Assembly: GCA_023391335.1 (NCBI GenBank) | Contig: JAEWBG010000059.1 | Coordinates: 504-64,503, forward strand | Length of the DNA stretch: 64,000 bases | From: Pseudomonadota bacterium | GTDB taxonomy: Bacteria > Pseudomonadota > Gammaproteobacteria > Steroidobacterales > Steroidobacteraceae | Direction of reading: 5' to 3' | Shown: one piece after another, positions 10,752 to 19,393 of the stretch | Position numbering within the stretch: position 1 is the first letter of the stretch | How the letters are laid out: each line of letters starts with the position of its first letter | Position numbers and translations under genes: made by a program | The notes under the pieces: model-generated | The model's input: the letters and a program-made list of their open reading frames with translations, nothing else | What the model was told of the DNA's origin: nothing | Databases searched by the model: none

Positions 10752-11270
10752 ATGTACTGCCCCTTCTGCAATCACGAGGAAACCAAAGTCATCGACTCGC
10801 GATTGGCCGGTGAAGGTCAGCAGATCCGCCGGCGTCGCGAGTGCCTCAAGTGCGGCGAGCGTTTCACGACGTTCGAATCCGCAGAGCTCGTCATGCCGCG
10901 CATCGTGAAAAGCGACTCCAGTCGCGAGCCCTTCGATGAGCAGAAGCTCCGCAACAGCATGCTCAAGGCACTAGAAAAGCGTCCCGTTGCGAGCGAGGCG
11001 GTGGATGCGGCTGTCGCGCATATTTGCCACAAGCTGCGCACCTTGGGCGAACGCGAAGTCGCCTCGCGACTGATCGGTGAGCTCACGATGGAAGAGCTGC
11101 ATCACTTGGATGAAGTGGCGTACGTGCGTTTTGCATCCGTGTATCGGAGCTTCCAAGACGTCGATGCGTTTCGCGAAGAGATCGAGCGCATGCGCCACCG
11201 CCGCACTCGCGAAGAAACCGAAAATCAGCTCGCGCTTTGGACCGGCTCCGAGCCGCCGAAGAAGCGTTGA
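10752..11270 (+). CDS. nrdR: transcriptional repressor NrdR
   Basis: [18 protein letters not shown] forms the zinc ribbon (with CLKCGERF), followed by an ATP-cone. The ATG at 10752 matches the usual NrdR N-terminus. Confidence 0.9.
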   Translation: MYCPFCNHEETKVIDSRLAGEGQQIRRRRECLKCGERFTTFESAELVMPRIVKSDSSREPFDEQKLRNSMLKALEKRPVASEAVDAAVAHICHKLRTLGEREVASRLIGELTMEELHHLDEVAYVRFASVYRSFQDVDAFREEIERMRHRRTREETENQLALWTGSEPPKKR

Positions 11271-11276
11271 CCGCAA

Positions 11277-12380
11277 ATGTTTAGCGAGCTGGACACCCGA
11301 CACATGCGGCGTGCACTCGAGCTTGCCGAGCTCGGGCGCTACTCCTGTCAGCCTAATCCGCGTGTTGGGTGTGTGATTGCGCACGGCGATCAAGTGCTTG
11401 GCGAAGGCAGTCACTTGATCGCCGGTGAAGCTCATGCAGAAGTGAATGCGTTGCGAATGGCGGGAGAGCACGCGCTCGGAGCTACGGCCTACGTCACGCT
11501 CGAGCCGCATTGCTTTCACGGCAAGACACCTCCCTGCACCGACGCGCTGATTCAAGCGGGCGTGAAGCGCGTTGTTTGCGGTGCGCTCGATCCCAATCCG
11601 AAAGTGAGTGGCGAAGGGATCCGACAACTGCAAACCGCAGGAATAGACGTTAGCAGTGGGCTACTGGAAAACGAAGCTCGCGAACTCAACCTCGGCTTCG
11701 AAAAACGCATGCGCACCGGTCAGCCGCGCGTCATCGTGAAACTGGCGGCGAGTTTGGATGGTCGCACCGCGCTCGCGAATGGCGTCAGCCGCTGGATCAC
11801 GGGCGAGGATGCGAGAGCTGATGTGCATCGGCTTCGCGCGGAATGCAGCGCGATCGTAACGGGCGTGAACACAGTGATAGCGGACGATCCGCAACTGAAT
11901 GTTCGCGATCCGGCTATCGAGATGCGGGGTCGACAGCCGCTCAAAGTGATCGTCGATTCGAACCTGCGCACACCATCGGCGGCGCGCATTTTCCTCGACG
12001 GCTCTGTATTGATTGCAACAGCACGCGAGCATCTCGACAAAGGCGCTGCATTGCAGGCGCGCGGGGCTGAACTTTTCGGTTCGAAGCTGGATAGTCGCGG
12101 GCGAGTTGATTTGCGTGCGCTCATGGCCGAGCTCGGGCGCCGGCAATGCAACGACGTGTTGATCGAGGCGGGCGCTACGCTCGCCGGATGCGTCATTGAA
12201 GAAGGCGTCGCGGATCTGTTCATCGTTTACCTCGCGCCGCTCGCGCTGGGGGATTCGGCGCGACCACTACTGCATTTGCCACCATTAGCGCGCATGGATG
12301 CCGCGCTACAATTCGAACTGAAGCAGGCCCTGCCGCTTGGGCGGGATTTAAAACTCACATACGTGCCGAAATCTCGGTAG
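11277..12380 (+). CDS. ribD: bifunctional diaminohydroxyphosphoribosylaminopyrimidine deaminase / 5-amino-6-(5-phosphoribosylamino)uracil reductase
   Basis: Deaminase motifs HAEVNAL and LEPHCFHGKTPPCTDAL are present. Length 367 aa. It sits in a rib operon context. Confidence 0.9.
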   Translation: MFSELDTRHMRRALELAELGRYSCQPNPRVGCVIAHGDQVLGEGSHLIAGEAHAEVNALRMAGEHALGATAYVTLEPHCFHGKTPPCTDALIQAGVKRVVCGALDPNPKVSGEGIRQLQTAGIDVSSGLLENEARELNLGFEKRMRTGQPRVIVKLAASLDGRTALANGVSRWITGEDARADVHRLRAECSAIVTGVNTVIADDPQLNVRDPAIEMRGRQPLKVIVDSNLRTPSAARIFLDGSVLIATAREHLDKGAALQARGAELFGSKLDSRGRVDLRALMAELGRRQCNDVLIEAGATLAGCVIEEGVADLFIVYLAPLALGDSARPLLHLPPLARMDAALQFELKQALPLGRDLKLTYVPKSR

Positions 12381-12392
12381 CGTCGAGACCCC

Positions 12393-12992
12393 ATGTTCAC
12401 TGGCATCGTTCAGGCCGTTGGCGAGATCCAGGCCATTACTCCTAAGGGCGGCGACGTCGAAATGCTGATCGGCGCGCGCGATCTAGGGCTTGCGAACGTC
12501 GCGATCGGCGACAGCATCTCGGTGTGCGGTTGTTGTCTGACGGTGACGCGTCTAACTGCGGATAGTTTCTCAGTCGACGTATCGACTGAGACGCTGAACG
12601 TGACCACGCTCAAATCGTGGCAAACCGGAACACGAGTCAATCTCGAGAAGGCATTGGTGGCGGGCCAAGCGCTCGGTGGGCATTACGTGACAGGTCACGT
12701 CGACGGCGTGGCTCGCGTGATCGAACGGCATGACGATGCGCGATCGGTTCGTGTTCAATTCGAAGTGCCAGTACCGCTTGCAAAGTACATCGCGCGGAAA
12801 GGCTCGGTTTGCATCGATGGCGTGAGTCTTACGGTCAATGACGTGGAAGGAGTGCGCTTTAGCGTCAACCTGATTCCGCACACGCTTGAAGTGACCACGC
12901 TGAATTCGTATCGCAGCGGCACGCCGGTGAACTTGGAGGTCGACATCATTGCTCGCTACGTCGAGCGTATCGCCGGAGGCGTGCATTCATGA
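12393..12992 (+). CDS. ribE: riboflavin synthase
   Basis: MFTGIVQAVGEI start, an internal two-barrel repeat (GDSISVCGCCLTV / GSVCIDGVSLTV), 199 aa. Confidence 0.9.
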   Translation: MFTGIVQAVGEIQAITPKGGDVEMLIGARDLGLANVAIGDSISVCGCCLTVTRLTADSFSVDVSTETLNVTTLKSWQTGTRVNLEKALVAGQALGGHYVTGHVDGVARVIERHDDARSVRVQFEVPVPLAKYIARKGSVCIDGVSLTVNDVEGVRFSVNLIPHTLEVTTLNSYRSGTPVNLEVDIIARYVERIAGGVHS

Positions 12993-14113
12993 ACTCCACC
13001 TCTGGGCTCAAGCTCAATAGCATCGATGAGATTCTCGCGGACATTCGTGCGGGCCGTATGGTCGTGATCATGGACGACGAAGATCGCGAGAACGAAGGCG
13101 ATCTCGTGATGGCTGCGGAGTTCGCACGCGCTCAAGACATCAACTTCATGGCGAAATACGGTCGCGGATTGATTTGTTTGACGCTCACGCGAGAACGTTG
13201 CCGCCAACTGCGGTTGCCTTTGATGGTCGGCGACACGGATCTCGATCACCGCACGAACTTCACGGTTTCGATCGAGGCGGCCGAAGGGGTGACGACCGGA
13301 ATCTCGGCACATGACCGCGCGCAGACGATCCGTGCTGCAGTTCGGCGGAATGCCCAGCCCGAAGACCTACGGCAGCCCGGCCATATATTTCCGTTGATGG
13401 CGCAACCGGGTGGCGTACTCGCGCGCGCAGGTCACACCGAAGCGGGATGCGATCTCGCACGCTTGGCCGGCCTTGAGCCCGCGGCCGTCATTGTCGAGAT
13501 CCTCAATGAAGACGGCACGATGGCGCGTCGTCCCGATCTTGAAACCTTCGCGCGGCAACATCAATTGAAGATCGGGACGATCGCGGATTTGATCCGTTAT
13601 CGACTCGAGAAGGATCGCTCGATCGAGCGTATCGACGAACAAGAAGTGGCAACGGAATTCGGACGATTCCGTATGTACTCGTACGAGGATCACGTCAATC
13701 GAACCGTGCATCTCGCGTTGGTGCGCGGCGACTTGCGCGGCCCAGATGCTCCGCTCGTGCGCGTGCATCTTCGCGATACCTTGCGCGATGTGGTCGGGAT
13801 TCAAGACGACAAGCTCGGGTTGCCGTTGCGCGCTGCATTGAAGCGTATTTCGCAAGAGCAGCACGGGGCGGTTGTGATCCTGCGCCCGGAGGAATCACCT
13901 CGCGATCTCGTAGAAGCCGTCCAAACGATCCATGCCAATCATCAAGCCGAGCCGCCCCGGCCGATTTCGGGAGCGACCGTCCTGCGAACCTACGGCATCG
14001 GCGCGCAGATCCTGCGCGACCTTGGCGTCAAACGCATGCGAGTCCTGTCCGCGCCGAAGCAGATGCATGGCCTGTCGGGGTTCGATCTGGAAGTTGTGGA
14101 GTATGTGAGTTAG
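12989..14113 (+). CDS. ribB: 3,4-dihydroxy-2-butanone-4-phosphate synthase fused to a degenerate GTP cyclohydrolase II-like domain (RibBX-type)
   Basis: The N-terminal DHBPS block is [21 protein letters not shown]. The C-terminal half aligns to GCH II, but the region equivalent to VRVHSECLTGD...CDCG reads [14 protein letters not shown] and has no Cys ligands. Its ATGA overlaps the ribE stop. Confidence 0.85.
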   Translation: MNSTSGLKLNSIDEILADIRAGRMVVIMDDEDRENEGDLVMAAEFARAQDINFMAKYGRGLICLTLTRERCRQLRLPLMVGDTDLDHRTNFTVSIEAAEGVTTGISAHDRAQTIRAAVRRNAQPEDLRQPGHIFPLMAQPGGVLARAGHTEAGCDLARLAGLEPAAVIVEILNEDGTMARRPDLETFARQHQLKIGTIADLIRYRLEKDRSIERIDEQEVATEFGRFRMYSYEDHVNRTVHLALVRGDLRGPDAPLVRVHLRDTLRDVVGIQDDKLGLPLRAALKRISQEQHGAVVILRPEESPRDLVEAVQTIHANHQAEPPRPISGATVLRTYGIGAQILRDLGVKRMRVLSAPKQMHGLSGFDLEVVEYVS

Positions 14114-14273
14114 GAGAAGAGTCTCCACGGAGCACACGGAGGGCACGGAGCGGAAATGCAAAAGGAAGCCGTTGTGACGGCAAATTCGATTTTGCGCTCC
14201 ATTGATGGGGAAACTTCAAGCGATTCCCAATACTCATCTCCGTGTTCTTGTGATCTCTGTGCAGATATCTTCC
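14113..14273. repeat. Family A palindromic element (CACGGAG, 9-nt period)
   Basis: The left arm is GGAGAAGAGTCTC-CACGGAG-CA-CACGGAG-GG-CACGGAG, with units at 14126, 14135 and 14144. The right arm is CTCCGTG-TT-CTTGTG-AT-CTCTGTG-CAGATATCTTCC, with units at 14238, 14247 and 14255. It begins on the last base of the ribB stop. Confidence 0.85.
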
Positions 14274-14330
14274 GGTTCTTAGGTGCGAAGGTCGTCTAGG
14301 CGGCTATACTTCCCGCCCCGAATTCCACCC

Positions 14331-14819
14331 ATGCCCGTGACAATGGACTCCATCAAGACGATCGAAGGCGATCTGCAATGCCGCGAGCTGCGCTTTGCCA
14401 TTCTGGCGTCGCGCTTCAATGACTTCATCGTCGATCAACTGGTTCGTGGGGCCGTAGACGCATTGCGTCGCCATGGAGCCAGCGACAAGCAGATCGAAAT
14501 CGTGCGGGCGCCGGGTGCGTACGACCTGCCGGTTGTGGCTCGTAAGTTGGCATTGAGCAAGCGCTACGACGCGATCATCGCGCTGGGGGCCGTAATCAAA
14601 GGTGCGACGGCGCACTTCGACTACGTCGCGGGCGAATGTTCGAGCGGTCTGGCGCGCGTTGCGAACGACACCGGCATCCCTGTTGCGTTCGGTGTTCTGA
14701 CGACAGACACAATCGAGCAGGCGATCGAGCGGGCAGGTACCAAGGCGGGAAACAAAGGCGTCGACGCGGCGGTTACTGCGATCGAACTCGCCAATCTGCT
14801 GCGTCGAATTGAGATCTGA
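14331..14819 (+). CDS. ribH: 6,7-dimethyl-8-ribityllumazine synthase
   Basis: The block [24 protein letters not shown] is present. The start is ambiguous between the ATG at 14331 (MPVTMDSIK) and the ATG at 14343 (MDSIK). The track ORF starts at 14283. Confidence 0.9.
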   Translation: MPVTMDSIKTIEGDLQCRELRFAILASRFNDFIVDQLVRGAVDALRRHGASDKQIEIVRAPGAYDLPVVARKLALSKRYDAIIALGAVIKGATAHFDYVAGECSSGLARVANDTGIPVAFGVLTTDTIEQAIERAGTKAGNKGVDAAVTAIELANLLRRIEI

Positions 14820-14844
14820 TGGCTGCGGCCCTCGGATGTTTTGA

Positions 14845-15315
14845 GTGCAAATGTCGCAAGAATCTACTTCCAACGTACCTCCGAAATCCGCGCGCGGCTC
14901 ACGTGCGCGATCGATTGCTCGCAAGCTCGCGATGCAGGCGCTGTATCAATGGCAACTGACCGGGCAAACCCCTGCCGAACTCAGAAACCAATACTTAGAA
15001 GATGAAGGGTCGGCAGGTGTGGATCGAGATCACTTCGCTGAACTCGTGAATGGCTGTATCGAAAAACAAAAAGCGATCAAAGACGGCTTGAGTGCGTTCT
15101 TGGATCGCCCGGTCGAACAGCTCGATCCGATCGAGACCGCAGTGCTCATGGTTGGCATGTACGAGCTCAAGCATCGCATCGATGTGCCGTATCGCGTGGT
15201 AATCAACGAAGCCGTCGATCTGACGAAACGCTTCGGTGCGACGGATGCACATAAGTATGTAAACGCCGTGCTCGACCGGGCGGCTCGCGAGTTGAGGGCG
15301 ATCGAACGTCAATAG
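14845..15315 (+). CDS. nusB: transcription antitermination factor NusB
   Basis: ARKLAMQALYQWQLTG is present. Length 156 aa. The position after ribH is the conserved one. Confidence 0.9.
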   Translation: MQMSQESTSNVPPKSARGSRARSIARKLAMQALYQWQLTGQTPAELRNQYLEDEGSAGVDRDHFAELVNGCIEKQKAIKDGLSAFLDRPVEQLDPIETAVLMVGMYELKHRIDVPYRVVINEAVDLTKRFGATDAHKYVNAVLDRAARELRAIERQ

Positions 15316-15395
15316 TCGATTGCCTTCGGCGCCTGCGAAAAGAGGTCAAGGCTGTCGCGCTCGTTTCGGATCTGTTGGTGCGCTTGCGCTCTAAC

Positions 15396-15423
15396 CATTC
15401 GCTATCCGCAATCCGCTATTCAC
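15396..15423. repeat. solo family B arm (pyrimidine orientation)
   Basis: CATTCGCTATCCGCAATCCGCTATTCAC is the reverse complement of GTGAATA-GCGGATT-GCGGATA-GCGAATG. It ends 13 nt before the thiL ATG. I see no partner arm after the nusB stop. Confidence 0.7.
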
Positions 15424-15436
15424 TCAGGTAAGCAGC

Positions 15437-16396
15437 ATGCCCCTCGGCGAATTCGAGATCATCGCGCGCTACTTCAAGAAGCCAACGTCAGGCGACGTCT
15501 TGCTGGGCATCGGCGATGACGCCGCGGTGGTTTCGATCCCCTCGAGTCAGCGACTGGTCGTCGCTGTCGATACCATCGTCGAAGGCGTTCACTTTCCGGT
15601 TGGCACCGATGCCGCTGACGTGGGTTACCGCGCGCTGGCGGTGAACTTGAGCGACCTTGCTGCGATGGGATCGGTGCCGAAATGGATGACCCTCTCGCTC
15701 AGTCTCCCGGACAATGATGCGCAATGGCTAGACGGCTTTGCGTCCGGATTGTTCGATCTCGCACGCAAATTCAATGTGCAATTGATCGGCGGTGACACGG
15801 TTCGTGGGCCGCTCGTTGTGACCATCCAAATTGCCGGGTGGGTGGAGAGCAATCGTTGGTTGACTCGATCGGGTGCACAAGTGGGCGATCTGATCTTCGT
15901 CTCGGGCCACGTTGGCGATGCTGCAGGCGGACTCGCGGCGATTCAGCAAGCGATGCCGGAGGTCGAGTCGACCCGCTACTTGAAGCAACGATTCTTGCGT
16001 CCCGAGCCTCGCATCTCCTTGGGCAGGACGTTGCGAGACTTTGCGAGCGCTTGCATGGATATCTCGGATGGGCTGCTCACGGATCTCGACAAGCTTTGCA
16101 CCGCAAGCGGTGTAGGGGCTGAGATCGATGCCGATCGCTTGCCGCTGTCCTCGCAGCTTCGCGATGCTTTCGACATGGAGCGGGTTTTATCTTTTGCGCT
16201 CGCGGGGGGCGATGATTACGAGCTGCTGTTCACTTCTCACGCAGCGGATCAGTCTCGACTGCAGAACCTAAAAATACCGGTGACGCAAATCGGCAGGATC
16301 ACGGCGGATCGAACCGTTCGATGCGTGCGGAGCGGCAAGGAGTTCGATCCCAATACGCGCGGCTACGATCACTTCAAACCAGGTGCGAAGCGATGA
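15437..16396 (+). CDS. thiL: thiamine-monophosphate kinase
   Basis: MPLGEFEIIARYF and GIGDDAAVV, an AIR-synthase-like fold, 319 aa. Confidence 0.85.
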   Translation: MPLGEFEIIARYFKKPTSGDVLLGIGDDAAVVSIPSSQRLVVAVDTIVEGVHFPVGTDAADVGYRALAVNLSDLAAMGSVPKWMTLSLSLPDNDAQWLDGFASGLFDLARKFNVQLIGGDTVRGPLVVTIQIAGWVESNRWLTRSGAQVGDLIFVSGHVGDAAGGLAAIQQAMPEVESTRYLKQRFLRPEPRISLGRTLRDFASACMDISDGLLTDLDKLCTASGVGAEIDADRLPLSSQLRDAFDMERVLSFALAGGDDYELLFTSHAADQSRLQNLKIPVTQIGRITADRTVRCVRSGKEFDPNTRGYDHFKPGAKR

Positions 16397-16869
16397 AGTG
16401 GTCTGCCGATCCGTCGATACTGCGTCAACCGGTGCACCTTTTCGCATTCGGATTCGGCGCGGGATTGAGTCCCAAAGCTCCGGGCACGTTCGGTACATTG
16501 ATCGCCATTCCGATCGTCATCGTGGCGATGCATTTCGGTTGGATGACGCATTTGGCCTTCACGCTGATTGCGTGTCTTGCCGGAATCTACATTTGCGGCG
16601 AGTCAGCTAGGCGTCTGGGGGTCCACGATCATTCCGGCATCGTGTGGGATGAGATCACCGGATATTCCGTGACGATGTTGGCAGCTCCAGCAAATTGGTA
16701 CTGGTTGCTGGGCGGATTCGCGCTGTTCCGGTTCTTCGACATCGTCAAGCCCTGGCCGATCCGGGAGGCCGATCACAGTCTCTCCGGCGGGCTGGGAATT
16801 ATGCTGGATGACATCATTGCAGGTGTTTTCGCTGGTGCGATCTTGCTTGCGGTGAAGTTACTCATCTGA
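16393..16869 (+). CDS. pgpA: phosphatidylglycerophosphatase A
   Basis: GFGAGLSPKAPGTFGTL and FRFFDIVKPWPI are present. I chose the ATG at 16393, which overlaps the thiL stop (ATGA). Confidence 0.85.
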   Translation: MKWSADPSILRQPVHLFAFGFGAGLSPKAPGTFGTLIAIPIVIVAMHFGWMTHLAFTLIACLAGIYICGESARRLGVHDHSGIVWDEITGYSVTMLAAPANWYWLLGGFALFRFFDIVKPWPIREADHSLSGGLGIMLDDIIAGVFAGAILLAVKLLI

Positions 16870-16889
16870 CGCTTGATAACCAAAAGCCT

Positions 16890-18197
16890 GTGAACTCAAC
16901 GAGCGCCCCGACCGTTCAGCGCAGCGCACCGACGCGCGATTCGCGTATTCCGGAACGCATCGGCAAATACGTCATCGTCAAGGAAGTGGGGCGCGGCAGC
17001 ACGGGCGTCGTCTATCTTTCGCACGATCCGTACTATCGCCGCGACGTCGCCATCAAGGTCTACAACCTCGAATCGCACGACGAAGACCGCGCGCGCGTCA
17101 CGCACAAAATGTTTCTTTCGGAAGCGCACATGGTCGGCATGCTGCAGCATCCGAACATCCTTCCTATCTACGATGCGGGCGAGGAGAACGGTCACTACTA
17201 CATCGTCACCGAACACGTTCACGGCGCGCGCACGCTATCGGCGTACTGCAAGCCCGACAACCTGCTGCCTGTCGATGATGTCGTGGAGATCATGTACAAG
17301 TGCGCGAAGGCGTTGCACTACGCGCACAGTCGTGGCGTGATCCATCGCGATATCAAACCGTCGAACTTGATGCTCACGCAGGCCAATGACGTTCGCATCA
17401 TCGATTTCGGTATCGCGTTGGTTCAAGACTCGGAGATCTCTCGTATCGACGGCATCGCCGGCAGCCCTTCGTACATGTCGCCGGAGCAGGTGCAATCGCT
17501 CGATATCACGAATCGCTCCGATCTGTATTCGCTCGGTGCAGTGATGTACGAGATGCTCACCGGGTACCGACCATTCCGCGGCGGCAATCTTTCGAAGCTG
17601 CTGCATCAGATTGTTTACGCGACGCCTCAACCGATTCACGTGCTGCGTCCGGACATTCCAGAGGTACTGGAGAACACCGTAGCCAAGGCGCTGCAGAAGG
17701 ACCCGGCAAAGCGTTATCGCAACGGCTTAGAACTCGCGGCGGATCTGACTCGCGTGCACCAGACGATCCGCGACGGCTCGTCGAAGATCGACAAGCAAGA
17801 GCAATTCTCGATCCTACGCACGCTCAAGTTCTTCCATGACTTCTCGCAAGCCGAGATTCTCGAAGTGCTGCGCGCGAGCACTTGGCAGGATTACGAAGAA
17901 GGCGAGGAGATCGTCAAAGAAGGCGAGATGGACGATCGCTTCTACGTGATTGTCTCAGGCAGCGTCGCCGTGATGCGCAACGGCAAAGCGGTCGGCCAGC
18001 TGGATGAAGGCGACTGCTTCGGTGAAACCAGCTACGTTCGCGGCGCGAAACGCTTGGCGACGATCAAGGCACTCTCCGCAGTGACCTTGATGAAGGTCAG
18101 CTCGACGCTGCTGGAGCAGGGTTCTGCTGCGTGTCAGTTGCGATTCAACAAAGTCTTCTTGCGCAGCTTGATCAGCCGCTTGCAGAGCGTCAGCTGA
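16890..18197 (+). CDS. Hanks-type Ser/Thr protein kinase with a C-terminal cyclic-nucleotide-binding domain
   Basis: Kinase blocks are VIHRDIKPSNLML, IIDFGIAL and GSPSYMSPEQ. The C-terminal cNMP fold is FYVIVSGSVAV...GDCFGETSYV...RLATIKA. GTG start. Confidence 0.8.
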   Translation: MNSTSAPTVQRSAPTRDSRIPERIGKYVIVKEVGRGSTGVVYLSHDPYYRRDVAIKVYNLESHDEDRARVTHKMFLSEAHMVGMLQHPNILPIYDAGEENGHYYIVTEHVHGARTLSAYCKPDNLLPVDDVVEIMYKCAKALHYAHSRGVIHRDIKPSNLMLTQANDVRIIDFGIALVQDSEISRIDGIAGSPSYMSPEQVQSLDITNRSDLYSLGAVMYEMLTGYRPFRGGNLSKLLHQIVYATPQPIHVLRPDIPEVLENTVAKALQKDPAKRYRNGLELAADLTRVHQTIRDGSSKIDKQEQFSILRTLKFFHDFSQAEILEVLRASTWQDYEEGEEIVKEGEMDDRFYVIVSGSVAVMRNGKAVGQLDEGDCFGETSYVRGAKRLATIKALSAVTLMKVSSTLLEQGSAACQLRFNKVFLRSLISRLQSVS

Positions 18198-18228
18198 CGC
18201 ATAGCGCGCGAAGCGAGACTAAGATTTC

Positions 18229-18263
18229 GGACGCAACACAAGGAACGCAAAGAACAAGAAAAA
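18229..18263. repeat. solo family E arm
   Basis: GGACGCAACACAAGGAACGCAAAGAACAAGAAAAA lies 31 nt after the kinase stop. It is followed by the hairpin GAACGCA(18274-18280)/TGCGTTC(18297-18303). Confidence 0.65.
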
Positions 18264-18433
18264 TAGCCGCAGAGAACGCAAAAAAGAAATCCAAGGTGCG
18301 TTCTGCCCGATTCGTCGAAGCTCGTGTCTACATGAGTAGTGCGCTTGCTTCCCGAATCGATGACGGCCGGTCCTCGTCAGGGTGACAAGCTTGGTGTTGG
18401 CACACGGGGGGCCTCGAATTCACACTGTCAACC

Positions 18434-18485
18434 GTGACCCGTGACCTCTTGCTAGTCACTAGTCACTAGTCACCAGTCACTTCTC
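18434..18485. repeat. Family B mini-palindrome overlapping the folE2 stop codon
   Basis: GTGACCC-GTGACC (18434-18446), then TCTTG, then CTAGTCAC-TAGTCAC-TAGTCAC-CAGTCAC-TTCTC (18452-18485). On the folE2 strand this reads GAGAAG-TGA..., so the folE2 TGA (18477-18479) lies in the first GTGACT unit. Confidence 0.8.
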
Positions 18486-19292
18486 TTTCTCTATCAATGC
18501 ATACGCCGAGTGATTGTGGATCGACTCGAAGTTCTCCGCTTCGACGACATAAGCGCGCACGCGAGGTTCATTGTTGAGGCGGACAGCGACGTCGCGGACA
18601 ATGTCTTCGACGAACTTCGGATTGTCGTAGGCGCGCTCGGTCACGTACTTCTCGTCGGGGCGCTTGAGAATCCCGTACACCTCGCAGGAAGCTTCGTCTT
18701 CTGCGATATCGATGAGTTCTTCCAGCCACATGTGGCCGTCGATGCGCGCCTTGATCGTGATATGCGAGCGCTGGTTGTGAGCACCGTAATCAGAGATGCG
18801 CTTCGAGCACGGGCACAAGCTGGTCGCGGCGACGACGACTTTGATCCAAAGCTCCGACTCCCCGTTGTGCAGTTCGCCGATCAGTGAGGCCTGATAGTTC
18901 ATCAAGCTCTCCACGCCCGAGACGGGCGCCTTCTTCATCACGAAAAACGGAAATTCCATTTCGATGTGGCCGGACTTCGCGTCCAGCTTCTCGGTCATTT
19001 CAGCGAGGATGTCGCGAAACGACTCGACGGATATCTCACGTTCGTTGCGATGTAGCACTTCGACAAAGCGCGACATGTGCGTGCCTTTGAAGTCATGAGG
19101 CAGCGCGACGTACATATTGAAGTTCGCGATCGTGTGCTGCTCGCCGCTAGCGCGATCTTTCACCCGTACCGGATGGTAGACATCTTTGATTCCAACCTTA
19201 TTGATCGGAATCCGGCGCGAATCGGCGCGGCTCTGCACATCTTCGATGACAGAGGCGGCGGATTTATTGAGTGTGTCTGAAGAGCTGGCCAT
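18477..19292 (-). CDS. folE2: GTP cyclohydrolase FolE2 (type IB)
   Basis: 271 aa. The blocks [15 protein letters not shown] and [25 protein letters not shown] match what I recall of the GCYH-IB family. Confidence 0.8.
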   Translation of the reverse strand: MASSSDTLNKSAASVIEDVQSRADSRRIPINKVGIKDVYHPVRVKDRASGEQHTIANFNMYVALPHDFKGTHMSRFVEVLHRNEREISVESFRDILAEMTEKLDAKSGHIEMEFPFFVMKKAPVSGVESLMNYQASLIGELHNGESELWIKVVVAATSLCPCSKRISDYGAHNQRSHITIKARIDGHMWLEELIDIAEDEASCEVYGILKRPDEKYVTERAYDNPKFVEDIVRDVAVRLNNEPRVRAYVVEAENFESIHNHSAYALIEKEK

Positions 19293-19393
19293 AACAGAGG
19301 GCGGATTGGGGTCGCCCGGCGGTAATCAAGTGCGGCGCAGTATAAGCGAAGGCCCCGGCGTGCGCCGGGTGCGGCGGGGAAAGAGTGAATTTC

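Noticed and set aside
9316-15436. I looked for riboswitches expected in this gene context: FMN (RFN) near the rib genes, TPP upstream of thiL, and ZTP or glycine upstream of glyA.
   Set aside because: None of the spacers (9316-9398, 14114-14330, 15316-15436) contains the conserved cores I remember for these classes. The rib and thiL spacers are occupied by repeat elements instead. A covariance-model scan would be needed for certainty.
19293-19393. A Zur box upstream of folE2, since GTP cyclohydrolase IB genes are often zinc-regulated.
   Set aside because: The upstream region is GC-rich, and the only palindrome (CCCGGCG-TG-CGCCGGG) looks like a dxs-proximal hairpin. There is no AT-rich Zur-like inverted repeat.
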